A DNA stretch of 64,000 nt. Source: Nitrospirota bacterium. GTDB lineage: Bacteria; Nitrospirota; UBA9217. Below are positions 10,219-22,900 of this stretch, piece by piece. How positions within the stretch are numbered: the stretch's first letter is position 1; every line of letters starts with the position of its first letter. Location: contig CAWFSF010000006.1 in the NCBI GenBank assembly GCA_963818475.1, positions 800,001 through 864,000 on the forward strand, in the 5' to 3' direction. The translations under genes were made by a program, and so were the position numbers. The notes under the pieces were generated by a model. It searched no databases and was not told the DNA's origin. It saw only the letters and a program-made list of their open reading frames with translations.

Positions 10219-11153
10219 ACCGATACTCATCATTGCCGGTCCGACGGCCGTGGGCAAGACCGACGCATCGATCCTGCTTGCCCGGGAGCTCGGCGCGGAG
10301 ATCGTGAGCGCCGATTCCATGCAGATCTACCGGGGGATGGACATCGGTACGGCCAAGCCGACGAAAGAACAGCGTCGTCTTGTGTACCACCATATGATCG
10401 ACATTGTTGAACCGGACCAGCCCTACAGTGTCGGCGACTATCTCCGTGATGCGCGGACGGCGCTGGACGGCATTCTTGCCTCTGAAGGCACGCCGATCGT
10501 GGTCGGCGGGTCGGGTTTGTATATTCGTGCATTGATGCGGGGGCTTTTTCATGGGCCGCCGGCGGACCTGGCACTGCGTGAGCAGCTGCTCAAACGCGAG
10601 GCAGAGGGCGAGAGCGGCATCCTCTATTCCGACCTGGTGAAGGTGGACCCCGAGGCAGCCGTCAAAATTCACCCCAACGACCTGCGGCGTACGATCAGGG
10701 CGCTGGAGGTCTATTACCTCCGGGACCGGAAACTTTCAGACGTTCCAGGAAGAGCACGCGTTTCAGGACAAACCATACCGGTTCCGGCTGCTCTTCCTGG
10801 TCAGGAACAGGGCGGAGCTCTACGCCAGGATCGAGCAGCGCGTCGACCAGATGCTGGCCGATGGGCTGGAGGCTGAGATCAAGACCCTGATGGAACGAGG
10901 GTATCGTCCCGATCTCATTGCCATGCAGGGACTGGGATACAAACAACTTATGGAGCATTTTCTCGGCAACATGCCGCGCGAAGAGACGATCACGCTCCTG
11001 AAACGTGATACGAGGCGGTATGCCAAGCGACAGTTCACCTGGTTCCGCCGGGAACCCGATGCCTGCTGGGTGGATATAACCGGCGTCACCGAACCAGAGG
11101 AAATTGCCGTCAGAATAAAGAAAAACATTGAAATTTCAAATGAGCTGGTATAA
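10193..11153 (+). CDS. miaA: tRNA dimethylallyltransferase (frameshift near 10740)
   Basis: [36 protein letters not shown]. Confidence 0.95.
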
Positions 11154-11230
11154 GATGACCAAAAATATTGTGTGCAGTGATATGGCTTGTAACAGTCGCT
11201 GCTTTGTTCTCATGCTTCACGGAGGGATGG

Positions 11231-11495
11231 ATGGGAAAGTCACAGGTAAATCTTCAGGACATTTTCTTGAACCAGATGCGCAAGGAAAAGATCCCGGTGA
11301 CGATGTATCTCGTGAACGGCGCGCGCCTCACGGGTACGATCAAGGGCTTCGACAACTTCGTGATCCTCATGAAGCAGGAAAACCAGCAGTTGGTGTACAA
11401 GCATGCCATATCCACGATCATTCCCGAGAAGCCGGTGGAACTGCTCGACAGCATGGAAGCCGAAAGAAGCAGAACAGGGTGCGGTCGAGGCGTAG
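11231..11495 (+). CDS. hfq: RNA chaperone Hfq (probable 1-nt indel near 11463; as read it extends to 11590)
   Basis: [35 protein letters not shown]; follows miaA. Confidence 0.93.
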
Positions 11496-11613
11496 TTCTG
11501 CCTGCCGATCTCACGGAAGGGTGTTGCGGTCTGACGCGCAGGCCCTTCAGTTCGCTGAGGATCGCCGCATTTCGCAGCACGATCTGTTAAACAAGCTCAG
11601 ATGGAGTAGAAGA

Positions 11614-12545
11614 ATGGAATCAGTCAGCATCGGCGTGATCGGCGGCAGTGGTTTATACGAGATGGAAGGGCTGACGCGGGTAACGTCCGTGAAGGTGACA
11701 ACGCCCTTTGGCAAAACCTCCGATGACTTCATCATCGGCACGCTGCATGGCAGACGGGTGGCATTCCTGCCGCGCCATGGCCGCGGACACCGGCTGCTCC
11801 CGACGGACATAAACTACCGGGCGAACATCTACGGCATGAAGAAGCTCGGCGTTCAGCGGATCATCTCGGTGAGCGCCGTGGGCAGCATGAAGGAAAAGAT
11901 CAAGCCCGGTGACATCGTTATTCCCGGACAGTTCTACGATCATGACCAAACACCGGCGGAGCACCTTTTTCGGAAACGGAGTCGTGGCGCATGTGGGCAT
12001 GGCCGAACCGGTTTGCGCCGACCTGGGCAAGGTCCTTATTGCATGCAGGAAAGAAGGTAGGGGCCAGGGTCCACCGGAGCGGGACCTATATCTGCATGGA
12101 GGGGCCGCAGTTCTCGACCCGTGCCGAGTCGCTTACCTACCGGAAATGGGACGTTGATGTGATCGGCATGACGAATGCCACCGAGGCGAAGCTGGCGCGC
12201 GAGGCGGAGATCTGTTACAGCACCATTGCGCTGGCCACGGACTATGATTGCTGGCACCACAGCGAGGAGGCGGTGACCGTGGAAGCCGTGCTTGCCGTGA
12301 TGAAGCATAACATCGAAACGTCCAAGGCAATGATCCGGGAGGCCGTGAAGATGCTGCCCACGGAACGGACCTGCGGCTGCGGCGAAGCGCTCAGGAATAC
12401 GATCATGACGCCGGAAAAACTGATCCCGGCGAAGACCAAGAAGGATCTTGCGCCTGATCATCGGGAAGTATCTGAAGAAGATAGTACCGTGCACAGGTCA
12501 TATCTTCCTTATCGGTCAGAATACTGTCTGGAGGTCATTTCGTGA
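11614..12545 (+). CDS. mtnP: S-methyl-5'-thioadenosine phosphorylase (several frameshifts)
   Basis: [51 protein letters not shown]. Confidence 0.9.
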
Positions 12546-13451
12546 GTCTGCTTGTTGTCGGCACGGTCGCACTGGATTCGGTAAAAACTCCTTTCGGAAA
12601 TGTTGATAATGCTCTCGGCGGTTCAGCCACGTATTTTTCCACTTCAGCCAGCTATTTTACCGACGTCCGGCTTGTTGCCGTCATCGGAGAGGACTTTCCC
12701 AAGGAGCACATCCAGTTCCTGAAAAGCAAAAGCATCGACACCCGCGGCCTTGAGGTCCAGAAGGGCGAGACCTTTCGCTGGAAGGGCGAGTATGGTTATG
12801 ATCTGAACGAAGCCCATACCCTGGCCACGCACTTGAATGTGCTGGCGACCTTCAAACCGAGCATCATCTGACGATTACAAGAATTCCGATGTCGTTTTTC
12901 TGGCGAACGTGGACCCGGAGATCCAGCTCGATGTTCTGAAGCAGGTAAAGAAACCGAAGCTGGTCGCGTGCGACACCATGAACTACTGGATCTCAAGCAA
13001 GCTTGAGGCACTGAAACGGACGCTCAAGGAAGTTGATCTGCTCACCATCAACGAGGCCGAGCTCAGGCAGCTGGCGGGCGAAGCAAGCCTGGTAAAGGCA
13101 GCCAAGAGCGTGCAGGCCATGGGGCCGAAGACGATCGTTGTCAAGCAGGGGAGCTACGGCGCCATCATGTTCAGCGGTAACAGCGTTTTCAGCGCACCGG
13201 CCTATCCGCTCGAAACCGTATTCGACCCCACCGGGGCGGGTGATACCTTCGCGGGCGGTTTCATGGGATATCTGGCGAGCACCATGAACTTTTCCGAGGA
13301 CAGCATGCGCAAGGCCGTTATCTTCGGCAGCGTCATGGCTTCGTTGAACGTTGAGGCGTTCAGTCTTGACCGTCTTCGCAGCCTGGATTATAAAGAGATC
13401 GAAGGACGATACCGTGAATTCAAGCAGCTGACGCATTTTGAGAATATTTGA
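12542..13451 (+). CDS. PfkB family carbohydrate/nucleoside kinase (frameshift near 12865)
   Basis: LGGSATY and DPTGAGDTFAGG motifs. Confidence 0.9.
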
Positions 13452-13475
13452 TCAGAACGTTCACTCGTTCTGATC
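13450..13475 (+). terminator. stem-loop after pfkB
   Basis: GATCAGAACG-ttcact-CGTTCTGATC perfect 10-bp stem, no U tract. Confidence 0.45.
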
Positions 13476-13494
13476 GGGTGAATACTCGATAACT

Positions 13495-14551
13495 ATGTTT
13501 ACCACTGATCCAACCATTGTTGATCTGAAAATCAAGGAAAGGAACCTGTACAAGGCGATCTTTTCCATGAATTTTCACCAGGTCGCAACTCCGGAACTTG
13601 GCGTTGATGAAGCGCGGTGTTATATGTTCTTTTTCCGTGAAGGGGAAAAATTATCGGCATATATTGTGCTCTATATGCCGAGCACCGAACGTCGACTATT
13701 CTATACCTATTCATCCAATCCTTTTCCCGAAGCAGACTTGCCCATGGTGGAAGAGATCGCCCGTGCATTCGGCGAGGAAATGGGCTTTTTTCTTGACGAA
13801 AAATCATTTACGTCCTCGTCGGTCGCGGAAAAGAACCTGTGGATCGATGAGCAGCCCCTATTCGGATTTAAGACCCCGGAGGAGCGTGAGGACGCTGCCC
13901 GGACGGAAGAAACCGCAGCGGAACCTGCTGCACAAACGCCACCACCGACAGCTCCCGTTAAAGAGGGCGCGGACACTATTACAGCGCCAGCACCACCTGT
14001 TGCCCAGCAGATTCCATTAGCGACGGAGTACCAACCAGCACCGGCAGCTCCATCACCACCTGCTCCCCCGTCGCCACCTGCAGCTCCGGAGTACAACCAG
14101 CCGGCACCGCCGTTACCGACATCGCAGCCGATGCCGGTAACGGTATACCAGCAAGTGCCGTCACCACCTGCTCCTCCGGCACCACCTGCAGCTCCGGTAT
14201 ACTATCAGCCTGTTCCACCACCAGCACCGGCTGCCCCGCAAACACCTCCTCAGCCGGTGTATAGTAAAGAGATAGAGATAGAACCTCAGGTTGAGATCGA
14301 GGAAGAGGTTAATGCTCGTCCTCCGCGTCAAAAGAGCACTGCTGTGCCGCATTCCTCAACGGAAAGAGCGAAAACAGCAGGAGCAGCACCGCGGGCAGCG
14401 CGACCGCTCCGATCGAACCCTCACGAAGAAGAATACCAATGCAGCACAGAAGACCCCAGCGCCGAAACAGCAGATTAAAAAGGAAACACGCGGCGTCGGT
14501 GTCGTGGGCCGTGAATTGGAAGCGCTTGCACGGTTGATGGCATCGTTTTGA
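13495..14551 (+). CDS. hypothetical protein with Pro-rich linker (frameshift near 14400)
   Basis: Globular N-terminus, repeated YQPAPxxP tracts, C-terminal EALARLMASF in the second frame. Confidence 0.7.
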
Positions 14552-14567
14552 AAGGAGTCCGTTTTTT

Positions 14568-15311
14568 ATGAGACTGTTCGCGTTCGTTCTTGTTCTGTTC
14601 CTGACAGCCTGTGCTACCGCACAGGTCAGCAATGTGGACAATATAAAGATGGCCGAGGGATACTATATGAAGGGAGTTTCATACCTTCAGAAGAAGAACT
14701 ATGAGCTGGCCCTGGTTGAATTCCAGCGTTCTATCCAGACGGACAAAAAGAATAAAAATGCCTATTTCGCGCTCGGCAGCGTCAATGAAACCATGGGTAA
14801 GTTTGCAGACGCAGTGCGGTATTATGAGGAAGCACTCGATATCGATCCTGACTACTCAGAGGCGTATAACGCGCTGGGCGTCGTCTATTCCAGGCAGGAG
14901 CGCTGGAATGATGCGCTCAAATCGTTCAACAAGGCGCTCGAGAACAAACTGTATACGACTCCCCATATTGCTTACTACAATATTGCGCACGTATATATGG
15001 CACAAAGGAACTATGGAAAAGCAATCGAGGCATACCGTGAATCGAAACGGTTCGCTAACTATGATCAGACCATCTATGAACTGGGAACAGCCCTGTTCGA
15101 TGCGGGAAAAGTGAAGGAAGCGATCAGCGAGTTCCAGGAAGGCGTAGCGTTATCGCCGAGCAACGCCTCTATCAGGTATGGACTGGCGCTGGCGCTGTTG
15201 AAGGACGGCAGTAAAAAAGCGGCGCTTGCTGAGTTTAAAAAGACGACAGAGCTTGCCCCAAAAAGTGAACTTGCTAAAAAGGCGAGCGATTACATAACGA
15301 CCCTGAGGTGA
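14568..15311 (+). CDS. TPR lipoprotein, PilF/PilW/Tgl-like pilotin
   Basis: Lipobox LTAC, TPR repeats, LENKLYTTPH motif, upstream of rodZ. Confidence 0.8.
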   Translation: MRLFAFVLVLFLTACATAQVSNVDNIKMAEGYYMKGVSYLQKKNYELALVEFQRSIQTDKKNKNAYFALGSVNETMGKFADAVRYYEEALDIDPDYSEAYNALGVVYSRQERWNDALKSFNKALENKLYTTPHIAYYNIAHVYMAQRNYGKAIEAYRESKRFANYDQTIYELGTALFDAGKVKEAISEFQEGVALSPSNASIRYGLALALLKDGSKKAALAEFKKTTELAPKSELAKKASDYITTLR

Positions 15312-15315
15312 TCCG

Positions 15316-16263
15316 GTGGGGACATTAGGACAGTACTTGAGTAGTGCGCGCGAGTTGAAGGGGCTCGATCTGCATGATGCGGCGCAGCAGACCCGCATCA
15401 GCATACAGTATCTTAGAGCGCTGGAACAGGAAGACTTTGCAAAACTGCCGGGTGAGGTTTTTGTCAGGGGCTTTCTGAAAAACTATGCTAAGTTCCTGGG
15501 TCTTCCCGAGGAGGACGTGCTGAAAAAGTACGGTGAGTTGCAGCATGCTGCAGCGGGTGCAACCGTGGCAGCCCCGCCGCCGGTTGCCGCTGAAAAGGCA
15601 CCGGCACCGGTACCGCAGGCTGGGGAAAAGCCTGCAAAAGTATCTCTGGAGCCGTGGCTCTGGGGCACGGCCATATTCATCTCGATCCTCGGCTTTTTGT
15701 TCATGGCCACGCCGGAAAAACAGCCGGAGCCCGTGGCGCCCCTTGAAGAGCATACCGCTGTGCTGCACTCTGATATGACCGGCAGCGCTCCCGGGGCAAA
15801 ACCGGAGAAGCTCTATCTCCAGATCGTTGCCTTGGAGGATGTCTGGCTGCTCGTGAGAACGGATTCAGGGCCGCAGAAGAAAGCGGTTCTGAAAAAAGAC
15901 GAGAACGTTGTCTGGAGCGCTGATGAACGTTTCTTGCTGAGTTATGGAAGCGTCGGCGCCGTGAAACTGCTCCTGAATGGCGAAGAATTGATCGTGACTG
16001 GGCAGAAAAATGAAGTAGTGAGGGACCTCGAGATCACTGCAGCCGGAATCACCAGTGCAAAGGCAGCACCGGTGCCCCCAAGTGTATCAAAGCCCAAGAA
16101 GCAACCGTTGCCCAAGCCAGCAGCGCCTCTGACAGGGCCGGCGACGGGAACTCAGCCAGTGCCGCAACCGCAGGCAGAACCCGCTGTTCCCGCGCCGGCA
16201 CAGCAACCGGTACCGGTGCCAGAAACGCCAACGCCATCTCCGGAGCCGAGTCCTCTGCCGTAA
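15316..16263 (+). CDS. rodZ: RodZ-like protein (HTH, TM, DUF4115-like)
   Basis: LGQYLSSARE...ALEQEDFAKLPGEVFVRGFLKNYAKFLGL, single TM. Confidence 0.8.
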   Translation: MGTLGQYLSSARELKGLDLHDAAQQTRISIQYLRALEQEDFAKLPGEVFVRGFLKNYAKFLGLPEEDVLKKYGELQHAAAGATVAAPPPVAAEKAPAPVPQAGEKPAKVSLEPWLWGTAIFISILGFLFMATPEKQPEPVAPLEEHTAVLHSDMTGSAPGAKPEKLYLQIVALEDVWLLVRTDSGPQKKAVLKKDENVVWSADERFLLSYGSVGAVKLLLNGEELIVTGQKNEVVRDLEITAAGITSAKAAPVPPSVSKPKKQPLPKPAAPLTGPATGTQPVPQPQAEPAVPAPAQQPVPVPETPTPSPEPSPLP

Positions 16264-16297
16264 TATCCGCTATTTGCTGAACAGCCTGTTGGGGATT

Positions 16298-16792
16298 TCA
16301 GCGTTTACTTGTTGGACCAGCACCGGGCACAGGCTGTGTGTTCTGATCAGCACAATCCTGGAGCATCAAATTCCTCACATGGTTACCCTTCCAGTATACT
16401 CTTCCGCAGCAAGAACATTGCAGGAACCTGTTGATCCGGTCGTAGACGTAGGAGGGGACCAGATCGCGAACCTCCTGTTTTGCCGTTGATTTCAACGGTT
16501 CATTACACACAGAACAACGGGTGAGGAATGCTGCGGGATCGAGGATAGGCCTGATCGTTTTCAGCACCTGTTCGAGCTGGTCATGCACGTTCTCGCTGCT
16601 GATCAGGAGATGTCGTGCAGCAAGCGGTCTTTTGGACAGGCCGTGGTCCCGCGTAAGGATGACGCGGTCCTGCTCCAGCGAAAGCCTGATGATCTCGTTG
16701 TCCCGGAGTCCTGGGTCGTACAAAACATCGAGACCCATCAACCGCAATCGCTTTGCGAGCTTGCCCAGCATGACGTCGGCGATGAACTTCAT
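16298..16792 (-). CDS. Mut7-C RNase (PIN-like) domain protein
   Basis: FIADVMLGKLAKRLRLMGLD, ILTRD, RCSVCN...CSCCGRVYWKG. Confidence 0.9.
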   Translation of the reverse strand: MKFIADVMLGKLAKRLRLMGLDVLYDPGLRDNEIIRLSLEQDRVILTRDHGLSKRPLAARHLLISSENVHDQLEQVLKTIRPILDPAAFLTRCSVCNEPLKSTAKQEVRDLVPSYVYDRINRFLQCSCCGRVYWKGNHVRNLMLQDCADQNTQPVPGAGPTSKR

Positions 16793-16805
16793 AAGAAACA
16801 ACCTC

Positions 16806-16972
16806 AACATCCAAAAAACGGTGGTTGGACGCAGATGAACGCAGATTCCCGCAGATAAAACCTGGCATTCAGAATAAAAGTATTTTTAGCACAGCGGCGA
16901 GTTTTTATTCGAATCGTAAGATTTTTATTATCTGTATTTATCAGCGTTTATCAGATTTTATCTGCGTCCAAA
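16806..16972. repeat. MITE-like palindromic element, copy A (GCAGAT 10-nt period)
   Basis: Terminal inverted repeats ttggacgcagat / atctgcgtccaa; inverted homolog at 34455-34626. Confidence 0.8.
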
Positions 16973-17000
16973 GGTTCTTCCCCCAGGCATCCACCTGCGG

Positions 17001-19441
17001 CTAAGAAAATCGTTTGAGCCTGAGCGAATTAGACACGACACTTACCGAGCTGAACGCCATGGCCGCAGACGCGAACATCGGGTTTAATAATCCCTTCGCA
17101 CCCAGCAGGGGATAGAGGACGCCGGCTGCCACGGGTATCCCGATGATGTTGTAAAAGAATGCCCAGAACAGGTTCATCCTGATGGTGGTCATGGTGCGGC
17201 GCGAAAGCCTGATCGCTGTTGCCACGACCCTGAGATCGTCCTTGATCAGCGTGACGTCAGACGCTTCGATGGCCACGTCCGTGCCGGTGCCGATCGCGAT
17301 TCCCACATCAGCCTGGGTCAGGGCAGGGGCGTCGTTAATGCCGTCGCCGACCATGGCAACGATCCTGCCTTCCGCCTGGAGTTTCTTTACCGTATCCATC
17401 TTGTCCTGAGGGAGGACCTCCGCCATGACGCGGCTGATGCCAAGCTCGTTGGCGATGGCCTGCGCCGTGCGCTGGTTGTCGCCGGTGAGCATGACGACCT
17501 CGAGCCCAAGTTCCTTCAGGATGGCGATTGCTGCTTTCGAATGTTCTCTGGCCGTATCCGCAACAGCAATGATGCCGGCTGCCTGGTTGTCCACCGCCAC
17601 GAACATGGGCGTCTTGCCCTGGGAAGAGAGCCTTTCCGCTTCAGAGGTGAATTTCCCGAAATCGATCTTGCGGTCTGCCATGAGCCGCGCATTGCCCAGG
17701 ACAACATCCCTTTCGTTCAGCAAAGCCCTTATCCCGTGGCCGGGAAGCGCCTCGAACTCGTCGCTTTGCTGGAGCGTGATGCCCGTGCGAGGGCGGCCTG
17801 CACAATGGCCTCTCCCAGCGGATGTTCTGAACCTTTTTCCGCAGACCCCGCCAGGAACAGGAGCTCTTTCTCGCTCATGCTGTCTTTGATGATATCCGTT
17901 ACCATAGGTTCGCCGCGGGTGAGCGTGCCTGTTTTGTCGAGGACGATGGTGTCGATCTTCTGGGCCCGCTCAAGACTTTCGGCGTTCTTGAACAGGATGC
18001 CCGATTCCGCTCCCTTGCCGGTGCCGACCATGATGGCCGTGGGCGTGGCAAGTCCCATGGCGCAGGGACAGGCGATGATCAGGACGGCGATGAAGTTTAC
18101 GAGCGCGAAGGTGAAGCGTGTTTCTGCAGGTCCGAAGATATACCAGACGCCGAAGGTGACGAGTCCGATGGAGATGACCGTGGGCACAAAGATACTCGAT
18201 ATGTAGTCCGCAAGCCGCTGGATCGGGGCTTTAGAACCCTGTGCTTCCTGGACCATGCGGATGATCTGGGCAAGCATGGTATCGCGCCCCACTTTGGTCG
18301 CTTCGAAGGTGAAGCTGCCCGTCTTGTTGATCGTTGCGCCGATAACGAGGTCTCCGCTCTTCTTCTCGATCGGCAGGCTTTCGCCGGTCAGCATGGACTC
18401 GTCGATCGAGGAATAACCATCGCGGATCACGCCGTCCACCGGCACCTTTTCTCCGGGCCGCACCAGGATGCGGTCTCCGGCCTCGACCTCTTCGATGGGG
18501 ATATCGGTTTCCTGACCTTCGCGCACCACCCGTGCAGTGCGCGGCTGGAGTCCCATGAGCTTCTTGATCGCTTCTCCGGCCCGGGTCTTGGCGCGGGCTT
18601 CGAGATATTTGCCGAACAGGATCAGCGTGATGATCGTGGCTGCCGTGTCGTAGTAAGCCCCGCCGTGGGCTGCGTGCTGTCCGAGCAGAGCGGGGAAGAA
18701 GGTAAGTACCGCGCTGTACCCGTATGCAGCCGTGGTCCCGACCACGACCAGCGTGTTCATGTTCGTGCTCCCGTGTTTGAGCGAGGCCCAGGCATTCTGG
18801 TAGAAGTGTCGTCCCGCCCAGAACTGGACGGGCGTGCACAGGGCAAAAAGGACATACCACATGGTCTGCTGCGGCAGGAGGGTGATGCCCGGCAGCATGT
18901 CCTGAAGGCTGCCGATCATGATCATGAGGGAGAGGACCGCACTGAAGATCAGCTTGTTCCTGAGCGCTGCCAGCTCCTGTTCACGCGCTTCTTTTTCGAT
19001 ATCGAGAGCGGAGCGGCCCTCTGCCTGGGCAGGGAGGCGGAAACCCGACCGTTCGATCGCCCGCCTGATGTCCCGCAGCCCGAGCTGGCCGGGGATGTAC
19101 TCGACCTCGACGGTCTCAGCTCCCGCGTTCACCACGGTCTTGAGTACGCCGTCCATGGAAGAGACGATCTGTTCCAGCTCTTTCGTGCGCGAAGCATCGA
19201 GGTCCAGGACCGGGATCGTTATCCGGTCGATGACCGGCTGGTAGCCCAATTCCTGGATCGTTGAGATGAATCGGTCCAGGCCCACGGCAGCCGGGTCGAA
19301 CTCGACCACGGCTTTCTCGTTGGCATAGTTCACGTTCGCGGAAGATACTCCGACGAGCTTTGAGATGTCCTTCTGGATGGCAGCCGCGCAGTTCACGCAG
19401 GTCATGCCTTTGACGGGGATGACAGTTTTCTTAGTTTCCAT
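17001..19441 (-). CDS. copA: copper-translocating P1B-type ATPase (frameshifts near 17720-17790)
   Basis: [33 protein letters not shown] and MAFSS motifs. Confidence 0.93.
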
Positions 19442-19968
19442 GGGAGCATATTACCACAAAGAAGGACGAGCTGCAAAATGAGAAGTCATTGGCCGATCTG
19501 TGATTAAAACGATGTTTGGAAGCGTTTCTTATACAATCGTGCAGAGCGCGACGGTTCGTCCCCGGCCATTTGGAGCGCGTTCGGGATCCACCATAGTGCG
19601 ATCAGGAGCGACGACATTCGTACTTTTCGTATGCTCCGCGGTTGGAAAGCAATAAAGCCCAATTTGCGAATGTATTGTACACGTAACTGTGCACCTCAAT
19701 CTGGAACTTTATTACCCTTAAATTACCCCGATTTAAAAGTGTTTTTTCCTTTACATGCTGATGACGTTATGTTACATTTTGCGTCACATTAATAAATGCA
19801 TTGTATCATTCGACCATTCGGGCCCGAAGCTGCTCCCTCGTATTTCAGAATTCCTCCTTGCCAGCCTTGCCGCACCATGCAAGAGTTGTATGCTCGCTCC
19901 ATTTAAATTTGAATATTTCCATATTATTACGGTTGCTACGAATATGTCGTTACATCCCGGAGGACTTC

Positions 19969-22900
19969 ATGACGGATCTCAGAATGCGAAATGACTTTGT
20001 AACGCGTCCCACGCGAAAGTCAATTGTGATGGTAGTATTGACCACTCTCCTGATGCTCCTGCCGGTTTTTACCACAAACGTATTCGCCAGCCCGCCATCT
20101 GTTTTAATTACTTCACCGACAGCAACCCTCGGGAACAATAATACTCCGTTGCTCTCTTACAGTGTCAGTGACGGTATAACAACCGTCAAGGTAGATGGCG
20201 TCGTTGTATCAAAGGTCTCTGGAGACAATCTTGATGCGCTGCCCGACGGCCCACATACCGTCCATGTGGAGGCTACGAATGCATCTTTAGAAACCGGTTT
20301 CGCAGAAGTCGCGTTTACTGTTGATGCCACGCCGCCGACAGAGAACGTATATATAAAGATAGTCGCCGGCACGTATCATACCGTGGCTATAAAATCCGAC
20401 GGGTCGTTGTGGGCTTGGGGAAATAACGGTAACGGTCAACTGGGCGACGGAAGCGTAGTAAACAAATATTCCCCTGTGCAGGTTGGGACCGATACAAATT
20501 GGGCGGCGATCTCGGCAGGGAGCGCACATACAATCGCGTTGAAATCCGATGGGACTTTATGGGCTTGGGGATTCAACGGGAACGGTCGCCTGGGAGACGG
20601 AACCACAACGGAGAGGACCGCGCCGGTAAAGATTGGGACCGATTCGAATTGGGCGGCGATCTCGGCAGGAGGTACATACACAATAGCGTTAAAGTCGGAC
20701 GGAACGCTGTGGGCGTGGGGCTATAATGGAAACGGACAACTGGGGGATGGTACGACTGTAGACCGGTATTCCTCTGTCAGAATTGGCACTGACAGCAATT
20801 GGGTAGTCATAGCGACTGGCGCACAGCACACGTTGGCCCTCAAATCGGACGGCACCCTCTGGGCATGGGGGTATAACAATGCGGGGCAGCTGGGCGACGG
20901 CAGCACCGTAAACAAATATTCCCCAGTGCAGATCGGGAGCGGGACAACGTGGACCTCCGTTGCATCGGGAAATAGTCACACCGTGGCCTTGAAGTCAGAC
21001 GGCACCCTCTGGGCATGGGGGTATAACAATGCGGGGCAGCTGGGCGACGGCAGCTACGTAAGCAAATATTCCCCAGTGCAAATCGGGAGCGGGACAACGT
21101 GGACCTCCGTTGAAGCGGGAACTAGTCACACCATGGCCTTGAAGTCAGACAACACCCTCTGGACCTGGGGGTATAATAATGCGGGGCAGCTGGGCAATGG
21201 CACCACGACGAACAGCAGCACGCCGGTACAGGTAGGTACGGGGATGATGTGGACCGCGGTCTCGGGAGGAAACTGGCATACCGTTGCCCTAAGAACCGAC
21301 GGCACCCTGTCCGTCTGGGGTGATAATTCTTATGGGCAGTTAGGCAACGCCGCCAGCGTCAACAGCGCCACCCCTGTTCAGATAGGATTTGATACTTCCT
21401 GGTCCATGGCCGCGGCAGGGGGTTCACATACCGCAGCTTTAAAGAACGATGGAACCTTATGGTCGTGGGGAAGTAACGGCAGCGGGCAGTTGGGAGACGG
21501 CACGACAACTCAACGAACTACACCGGTCAAGATCGGGAGCGATGCAAATTGGGAGGCGATCTCGGCAGGGCGCTTACACACAATGGCGTTGAAGTCGGAC
21601 GGGACGCTGTGGGCATGGGGAAATAACGGGAATGGACAGCTGGGTGACGGAACGACTATCAATAAAACCTCGCCCGTGCAAGTAGGGATCGCGGACAACT
21701 GGTCGGCTGTTTCAGCGGGGTGGGCATATACCGTAGCCTTGCAGTCCGGGACACTCTGGACCTGGGGGCAGAACAACGCAGGGCAATTGGGCGACGGCAC
21801 CACGACGAACAGGGCTACTCCAGCCCAAATAGGCACAGATACAACATGGACGCATGTTGCAGCAGGTCTTTACCACACCATCGCACTCAAATCAGACGGG
21901 TCTCTCTGGGCGTGGGGCATCAACTGGAACGGACGGCTTGGAGACGGAACCAGCGTTCAGAGACTTTCCCCTGTTCGCATAGGCGGCGAGACAACGTGGT
22001 CAGTGATCGCCGCCGGCGCGGCCCATACTGTTGCATTGAAAACGGATGGCACGCTCTGGGTGTGGGGCCTCAACGCCAATGGTCAATTGGGCGATGGCAC
22101 TACAACAACCAGGTTTGCCCCGGTGCAAATCGGGAGCGATGCCGTGTGGACGCATATTGCCGCGGGCGAGTATCACACCATCGCACTCAAATCAGACGGA
22201 TCCCTCTGGGCTTGGGGCAATAATTGTTATGGTCAACTGGGAGACGGCACCACCGCAGACAAGCATGTACCGACCCGGATTGGAGTTGAAAATGTGTGGG
22301 TGTCTATTGCGAACGGTCAATATCACACCGCAGCGCGAAAATCCAACGGTTCGCTCTGGGCTTGGGGCTATAACGCGTCAGGCCAGCTTGGGAATGGCGT
22401 AATCTCCAGGGAAACGACGCCGTATCAGATCGCATCAGGGAATATTGTGATCAACGACGGAGCGATTACCACAAACAATGCAACGGTGACCCTCGGTTTG
22501 ACAGCTCTGGATGCGAGCAATATCGCCGAGATGCGGTTTAGAAATGAGGACGCTGCATGGTCCGTTCCGGAGCCTTACGCCGCGACAAAGGCCTGGACGC
22601 TCTCGGCGGAAGACGGGACTAAGACCGTCTCGGTGATGTTCAAGGATGCAGCGGGAAACTGGTCGGGCGCATATGCCGCTGCGATTACACTGGATAGGGC
22701 CGCACCCGAAGTAATCATTACATCTCCTGCCGCGGGGACGACTAATAATAAAACGCCGCTTCTCTCATACACGGTGAGCGATGGCAGCGTTATTGTAATG
22801 GTGGACGGTGTTCTCGTCTCCGCGGTTTCTGGAACAATGCTCGATCATCTTTCAGACGGTGCTCATACGGTACGGGTGGAAGCCATGGATACTGCCGGTA

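Noticed and set aside
11463-11590. Long Cys-containing C-terminal extension of Hfq
   Set aside because: Removing one base gives a typical acidic tail [12 protein letters not shown] ending at 11495, so it is probably an artefact.
11545-11640. SAH-riboswitch-like sequence upstream of mtnP (ctgaggatcgccgc...caagctcag)
   Set aside because: Core motifs deviate and no clean pseudoknot partner is visible; an Infernal/Rfam scan would be needed.
19755-19795. Imperfect palindrome TGACG...CGTCA upstream of the RCC1 gene
   Set aside because: Single occurrence, irregular spacing, no assignable regulator.
20350-22420. Regular 150-bp repeats as a CRISPR array
   Set aside because: They are in-frame RCC1 protein repeats with no spacers and no cas genes.
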